Source: Eledone cirrhosa
Lineage: Eukaryota
Reading direction: 5' to 3'
NCBI GenBank assembly: GCA_964016885.1
Contig: OZ024744.1
Span: 71,982,001 to 72,046,000, forward strand
Length of the DNA stretch: 64,000 bases
The notes beneath the pieces are model-generated. The model ran no database searches. It had not been told where the DNA came from and saw only the letters and a program-made list of their open reading frames with translations. A program made the position numbers and the translations under genes. Positions within the stretch are counted from its first letter, which is position 1. Every line of letters begins with the position of its first letter. Positions 56,480 through 64,000 of the stretch are shown piece by piece.

Positions 56480-58437
56480 GTTCCTGAATGTTTTCCCGGT
56501 GAGTGTAGGGACAGAGGGTGAAAAAATCCGAGTATAAAAAGGTGGATGTCTGGAGCGTGTGACCAGTGGGGTAGGATCCGTAGAATGCTGCGGAGGAAGT
56601 AGAGAGTTGTGGGGTGCGCGCGCAACAGGAAGTGGTCAAGAAGGTCAAGGCAGGCGGTGGAGAAGGCAGGGCGAAGGATGCGAGAGAGAGAGAGAGGAGA
56701 TAGCAGTTAGGAGGATGACAGACAGGTGAGTGGTAGGGATGGTCTGTATGTGTGTATGTGTGTGCGGAGGTGCAGTGGACAGGAGAGGAGGTGGGTTAGT
56801 GTGAAAAGTTGAGGGAGATGGTGGCGGAGTGTGGGGGGTAGTTGTGTGTATATTAGTGGAGCTGTTAGTAGGATGTGTGGGGGGTGTTGGTAGTACGGGG
56901 GGGGGGAGAGAGAAGGTGCTGGGTACAGTATGTGTAATGTACTAGTGTGTGTGTGCGTGTTTGGGTATGAGTGTGTGTGTGTGTGTGGTAGGGTGGGTGT
57001 TAGTATTATTAGTGGTGGGGGCTCGAATACGGGCGTATGGATAGGGGTTAGTCGTGGTAGTGCGGATTTGGAGTGGGTTGTGTAACGGTGTGGGTGAGTG
57101 TATATATGCTGCGGCGTGGTGTGGATGAGTGTATATATGCTGGTGTGTGTTCGTGTGTGTGTTGTGAGGGCGGAAAGTGGGTTGGAGGATGTTTAGTAAC
57201 ATTAGTGGTGGGGTGGTCGGATGTGGATGTGTGGGTGGGAGTTAGTGGTGGTAGTAGGGTGTGTGAATAGTGTGAGTGAGTGTATATATGTACTGGTGTG
57301 TGTGTGTGTGTGCGTGTTGAGGGTGTGGGTACGCGTGTGATAAGGGGAGGGGTGAGGGTTGTTAGTATTATTAGTTGTGGGGTGGACCAAGCGTGTGGGG
57401 TGGCTGGAAGTGTAGGGGACGGGGAATCTTGGGAGTGTTTAGTGTGCGGGGCGGTCGAAGGCTAAAGGAGGGGGGGGTCAGGCCGGGGGGGGGGTCTGTA
57501 GGGTGAAAATGATGTGTTGTTGTTGTTCGGCCCTAAGGCGGGTTTAGGAGGTTCCATGGCATTCGATCAGGCCACAGACGGTGAGGTTGTTGGCGGAGTG
57601 TCCAGGGGAACCAAAGTGGCGGGTGATGGGGGAACTCCCGCCGAGACGAATATCTCGGAGGAGCTCCGTGAACCGATCCGTCAGGCGACGACGTCCGGTC
57701 TGTCCGACATAGGCTGAAGTCCATAGACGAGGTTGGAGGAGGTGCAGCTGAAGGCAGAGTGTGGGCGTTAGGACCCTGGATGGTGGTGGTGTTGGTAATG
57801 TGAGGGAGCAGGTGTGGCAGCGGGGTCTGGAGCAGGGAAGGGAAGCGCGGGGAATAGGGGTTGGGGGGTAGGGAGCTGCGGATGAGGAGGTTGCGGAGGT
57901 TGCACGCGCGTTTGAAGGAGGGGAGGGGTGGGGATGGGAAGATAGGGGAAGTGGTGATGTCATACTGGAGGCGTTGGAAAATCGGGTGGATGGTGCGGTG
58001 GAGGGGTAGTATGGAGTGGTGGTAGGTGAGGGGAAGAGGAGACGGTGGGTGGGGGCGCAGGTGCGAAGGGCGAGGGCGGTGGAGCGGCGGACAGCGAGAC
58101 ACAGGCTCTGTCTCTGGCTGACCAGAGGCAGGGCCTGAGGCTCGCTGTCAGCATCTCGGCTGCAGAGGCGGCGTATCCGGAGGAGTTGGGAGTAGGGAAT
58201 GGAGGGTTTGGTGTGTGTTGGGTGGGAGGAGGTGAAGTCGAGGTAGGAGTGGGAGTTGGTGGGTTTGAAGAAGGCGGAGGTAACGAGGGAGCGGTGGGAA
58301 GGGTCGATGGCGATGAGATATCCAAGAAGTGGACGTGGGTGGTGGAGATAGATGTAGTGAAGTGGAGGGAGGGGTGGAAGGAGCAGAAGAATGAGAGAAA
58401 GGAGTCGAGCTGTTCTCGGGAGAGGGTCATGCCTCTG
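56480..58437 (-). mobile_element. Neptune-type PLE, 5'-truncated and decayed
   Basis: RT thumb remnant FLDI...FKPTNSHSYLDFTSSHP...SIPYSQLLRIRRLCS and YVGQTGRR. Homologous to about 33865-35700. Confidence 0.82.
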
Positions 58438-58674
58438 ATGCAATATATATATATATACATATATATAGTATAAACAAATTTTCAAGGACTTATCATGTAT
58501 GCAGGACCATCAGTTTTGGAGACCAGTTACGGCAACCACTGTATATTGGAGGGGGCACTTATAAACTAGCACACCATTCTTTATATTAACTTTATCTTCT
58601 CAATACTTTGTAAGAGTCACAGAAATCGGCTACATATACACGATATATATATACACACGATATATATATACACG

Positions 58675-58708
<34 letters not shown>

Positions 58709-58765
58709 AAGTATAAATGGATTTATATATAGAAAGGGCGCGTGGGGAGAAGAGGGTAATAGATA

Positions 58766-59074
58766 TATTTCTTTATTAGCCACAGGGGCACAAAAGAAGG
58801 GGACAAATACAAAGGGGGAAGTTTACATACAATAAAAACGTGTAAAATGTTATCACAGATGGAATTTAAAAGTTAGTCGATTTTCCCCAATAGAGGGAGA
58901 CAGTTTATATGGGTAACACAGACCCCCGAAAAAAATGTGCAACCCTCATCTCCAGGAGTACGAAGAGCTTGTACTCCTTTCCTCTCCTCCTCCTTTTCCT
59001 CAACCTACAGGCTGATATAGAGAGAAGGCCCATTCACTCGGGCCATTCTCGCCACTTTCACCCACCTTTCATAA
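58766..59074 (-). mobile_element. Short 5'-truncated Tx1 copy with a 16-bp TSD
   Basis: AAGAGGGTAATAGATA at 58750-58765 and 59075-59090, next to (GATA)n. Confidence 0.85.
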
Positions 59075-59083
59075 AAGAGGGTA

Positions 59084-59138
<55 letters not shown>

Positions 59139-59191
59139 TGTACATATATTAGTTACTTTATCATATAGTTACTTTATATATATATGTGTGT

Positions 59192-59296
<105 letters not shown>

Positions 59297-59366
59297 AATG
59301 GATTTATATATAGAGAGGGCGCGTGGGGAGAAGGGAGTAATATATAGATAGATAGATAGATAGATA

Positions 59367-62300
59367 TGTTCCTTTATTAGCCACAGGGGCACAAAAGAAG
59401 GGGACAAATACAAAGGGGGAAGTTTACATACAATAAAAACGTGTAAAGTACTATCACAAATACAATTTAAAAGTTAATCGATTTTCCCAATAGGGGGAGA
59501 CATTACATATGGGTAACACATAACCCTTTCCTCTCTTCCTCTTTTCCCTCAACCTACAGGCTGATATAGAGAGAAGGCCCATTCACCTGGGCCATTCTCG
59601 CCACTTTCACCCACCTTTCATAAAACTTGCTGGGGTACAGCACCTCTCTTTCCATCCTGATTCTTCTTCCAAAGTGGTATTTGAAAAAAAGAATCAGTTG
59701 TTGGCCGGAGAGAAAGGTGTCTGACCTCAGCCCTTTCAACCTTGTCCACCATACAACCTCTTTCCCCTTAGCTATCAACCATAGGAAAACCGTCTCTCCT
59801 TCGTTTTTGAAGAAGAGTGGCGGTTTGATCATGACAATAGACTCGGTGGTCAACCGGATTGGTCCCACCCGCGACAATAGTCGTTCTACATAGACCCACA
59901 GGTCGGTAACGCCCAGGCAGTGTATGAATGCGTGCGCGACGGTTTCTTCGTCTCGCACGCACCTTGGACAGATCTTTTTCGAAGGGTCCCTGCCCGGGCG
60001 CCCATGTCTGTAGAGCTTGTCTCGAACTGGTAGAGCTCCTCGGTAGCACTGCCAGGCCAGGGACTTTTGGAAGTTGTCCATCGGTCCCGGGCGGAAGGTC
60101 CTACCGAACAGACTGGCCAGTTCGTCTTCCTCTACGCCTAGAGTTTAACCGAGTGCCTCGTCGCACTTGCTGCGGATCAACCCTCCATAGAATGACGAAG
60201 TGGAGTCTCCACTGATCGCCGGGTCCACCTGCCAGAGGGCTGTGAGCGCCTGAGCACATTCGATGTGCCAGTCGCCCATATTCCTCGGTCTTTGCTTGAC
60301 CCAGGACTGCAGCTCGGTCAGCGAGACGAGTCGTGGGAAGGCTCGCCTCACGAACGGCGCCCACACCGGTTGTCCGGTGAGGAATACGTAGAGATGCCGC
60401 AGCCTAAGCGCGTGTTTGCGCATTGTCAGCCACGCCATCCCCAGCCCTCCGTTGGAAGGGTGTTGGCAGCAGATGGGTCTTCTCACCAAAGGAGCCCGCC
60501 TCCTCCAAAGGAATCGGAAGAGCGCGCGCTCCATTTTGGCAAGCGTTTTGGCTGGACAAGGCACGACGGTCAAACGGTAGTAGATGGGGGACGCTATAAA
60601 AGTGTTCTCCACCTTCGCTCGACCTTTCAAGGATAGTTTGCATTTCTGGGTGAGTGCAAACAACTTGGCCGTCACTTCGTTCCAGTTCTTCTCCACCTGC
60701 AGGTCCGGACCAAACCAGACCCCGAACAGCTTTACTGGTCCTTCCGCCCAGTGTCCGACAACGCCATCAGAAGGCATAGGTTTGCCGCTTCACGATCCGA
60801 GTTGCGAACCGATGGACTTGTCCCGGTTCAACTACGCTCCTGTGAACCTTTAGTATTCCTTCAGTAAGGTGCCAACTTCCTCGGTTTGCGAGGCGCTCGA
60901 CGCCATTACTCTGATGCCCTGCAATAGCTCCAACTTCCGCAGTAGTGGCTCGAGAGTCAGTACGTAAAGAAGGGAGGAGAGAGGGCATCCCTGTCGAATG
61001 GATCTCGTGATATGGAACGGCTCCGAGAGGTAGCCGTTCACCTTGACCCTGAGCAGATGTTGCTGTTGTGCATTGCAGCAATCCAGCCCCTGAACACGGG
61101 TCCGAAGCCTGCCGCCTCGAGCACCGCACCCAAGTAACGATGGTCAACCCTATCGAAAGCCTTAGACTGATCCAAATTGATCAGGGCGGGGGAGAAAACG
61201 GGTTTACACCCTACCCTCTTTATGAGGTATCGCATGATGTGGAGGTTGTCGTGTATGGACCTGGTCGGAATTGCGCATGTCTGCGCTTCTCCCACCAGGT
61301 TCTCGACGACAAGAGCCAGCCTCTTTGCCAACACCTTGGCCAAAATCTGTAACTCTGTGTTTAGAAGAGTTATGGGCCGGAAGTTGCCTATGTCATCCCC
61401 CTTATTCTCGTCCTTCCTGATTGGTGTGACTACGCCCCCGGTCACAGAACTGGGAATTCTCCCGTTCTGCTGCCAGTTGCAGTAGACCGCTTCCAGGAGA
61501 CCGGAGAATAAGTCCGACATTGTTACGTAAAATTCGTAGGGTAGACCGTCGAGAACTGGAGATTTTCGTTTGCTAAATTGGCTCAGCGCATCCCCTATCT
61601 CAGCGGCTGAAATCGGCTTTTCGCAGAAATTCGCCTTGCTGTCCGAGAGTCGCGGTAGGCCGTCGAGGTATGGACCGAAATCCATAGCCTCTCCTGGCGC
61701 GCCGCCCTGCCCGAACAGTTGAGCAAAGTGACATTGAAAGGCCACACACATCTGCTTCGGCTCACGTATCACGCGTCCGTCTTGGTCCTTCAAAGACCGA
61801 ATCGTGGACTTGTTGCCACTTTTTGCCTCCGTCACTCGGGCCCAGCTGACAGCTTTGGCCCCCTCGTTTCCCAGAGCACGTAATTTGCTTTTAACAACGT
61901 AGCCCTCATGCTTTGCATCGAAAAACTGGTCCAAGGCCTTTCTCGTTGCTAGCACGCTGGCTACGTTGCCACTTCTAATTGCCTCTTCTACTTTATCTAG
62001 CAGTTCCTTCTCGGTCCTATTTCTATCTAACGCTAATTCTTTACTAAAAACTAGCGAGTCTAATCTAACTGCCCTCTTGAGAGAATATCACCATCTGTTG
62101 TTGATAATGGCCCCTGTCAAGTGCTGTTTAACTAAAGTGCTAATGCGTCTACTGTAGGCTTTGCATGTCGGTAACGACAAGTTCAGCTTCCAGTAGCCGG
62201 GTCCTTGTCTATGGGTTCTATCAAGGTTGACCATGCCGGTCACTAGTTTGTGATCTGAATAGGCAACCATGAACATTTGTGGACAGCTTAACATGTCCCT

Positions 62301-64000
62301 ATCCTTATTTCTAACTAGAACCCTATCTAGGTACGATCTAGATGTTCCGCTAAGATTAGTCCACGTCCACAGTGGCACAGTCGGAAAATCTAGTCGATAT
62401 CTATCGGCCTGGTCAAATCGGTCGATTAACTGTTTGAGGCTGTTGTACGCCCCTTTATCGCGACATACTCCCACATAGTCTCAACGTGCATCTAGGATTC
62501 CATTCCAGTCCCCCACTAAAAGCAAGGAGCGGGACGTTCCCAGAAAAGTCTCTAGACGTTTGAAGAAGTCTGGCCGCGGTGTCCCGGATGGGGCATATGC
62601 GGCCACAAGCCTGAAGGCTCCACCTTCACTACCGTCAACGTCTAGAACCACCAGTCGACTCTCCGGGTCCAGATGTACCGTCTGTGTTACGAGGCCCATG
62701 TGTTTCCGCAGCAAAACGGCAACTCCGACCCCACCTCCCGGCTTACAGAGAGATGCGTAGATCTCAAAGTCATCGAAGATGGGGGCCAGCTGTCGCTCGC
62801 TTTGGATCCTGGACTAGCAAATGGCTACTACATCCATACTGTGCGACCTGATGTCGTTTAAGAGTTTGCCCTGTTTCCAGGGCATCCCTAGGCCGCGTAC
62901 ATTCACACATCCAACTCTTATATTGGCCATGTTGGTTCTGAAAAGTTAAAAGAGCAGAAGAAAACACTCACCTCTTTGTCTCCCGGGGATCAGGCCGCAC
63001 GATTTCCATGGGGGTGTTAGAGGGGTTGTCTGGGTAGGTGGTGGTGTCCGGCGGGGTGGGGACGGAGATGTTTGGTGGGTGGGTGGGTTTAGATGGGGGG
63101 GGTCTGGGGTGAGGGGGGGGGGGGGACTTTATTAAAGGACGCGGTTAATGGGTTTAACACAAGGATTACCCACGCCCTTAGGAAAGTTTTCCTTTAAAGA
63201 CTTATAGGTGTCCGTAGGGACCCTAATTATCTTTAAATTAGGTTTGTCTACACAGTTCGAAAAAGTTTTCCCTTCGGTTTTCACCGAAGGGTCGTTGGAG
63301 ATGACCTCCATTAAAGTTTTGTTTTTACTGTTTATGTATGTGTAATGTTCTTGTGTTGGCGGTGGTTTTTGTCTGTTGTTCTTGTGGGAGCTTTCGTTTT
63401 GTTGTAGGTGTTTGTGTTTGGTGTGATGTAGTGGTTTTGTTTTCGGGACGGGGCGTTTTTGTTTGTAATGTTTGTGTTGTTTGTGTTGGTGGTTGTATGT
63501 TTGTAGTGATGTTTCTTGTTTTTTTGGTTCTTGTGGTGTCTTTTCTTCTTTCTTTTCGAACGGAGAGGCTCTCCCTCATCGTTACTTGATGATGATGAGG
63601 GGGGCCTCGTCCGTTGTGTTATTTGGAAGGGGTATGTTTTGGGGAGCTGTTGTGTTTGTGGGTGTTTTTGCAGTGGCTTTAGGTGGAGTGGGGTTGGGTG
63701 GGACTGTGCTTGCATGTTGGTTTGTTGTTCTTGTTTTGGTTATGTTTGCGTGTTGTTGTTGTTGTTGTTGTGGTAGTGGTGGTGGTGGTGGTTGTGTTGT
63801 TGTTTTGAGTGCTGGCAGTAGTGCCTCTTTTTTTGTAGTTAACTGAGGACAGTAAGCCCTCAGGTGACCACTGCTTAAACAGTGGTAACATGAAGGCCGC
63901 CTACCCTCAACAGAAATGTGTATGTGTGAAATTCCATCCCGAGGCACACGTTGGGGTATTTTAGCCATCCGTTCTAGCCTCATTTGGACCAGAACTTCCA
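59367..64000 (-). mobile_element. Tx1 copy 3 (disrupted ORF2, ORF1 C-terminal part; continues beyond the window)
   Basis: Collinear with copies 1 and 2. ORF2 ATG at 62930. Knuckle CYHCLSSGHLRAYC. 3' end abuts (GATA)n. Confidence 0.93.

Overview
AT-rich animal genomic DNA crowded with microsatellites. The SINEs and repeat content suggest an Octopus-like cephalopod (inference). I cannot support any host gene; the window is almost all transposable-element material. Main contents: (1) a young, intact Penelope-like retroelement (PLE) with a 1210-aa RT + C-terminal GIY-YIG ORF, pseudo-LTRs, an inverted 5' piece and hammerhead ribozymes (HHR), plus fragments of a sister family and of a Neptune-type PLE; (2) three large and two small copies of a Tx1/L1-clade LINE, four of them abutting (TATC)n/(GATA)n arrays; (3) a decayed hAT (Buster/Charlie) transposon, fragments of RTE, CRE, R4/Dong and CR1-like LINEs, a Helitron 3' end and many tRNA-derived Nin-type SINEs. 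The most interesting signal is a set of apparently unrelated short non-coding elements in (TA)n tracts. Several have 318-594-nt units, most carry type I hammerhead folds, and they copy the PLE integration pattern (inverted piece + unit + partial repeat). They look like PLE-mobilised retrozymes. Some carry non-canonical catalytic cores (CCGANGA, CAGAAGA), and many of their breakpoints fall inside the ribozyme. All folds and alignments were done by eye; coordinates of decayed fragments are approximate.
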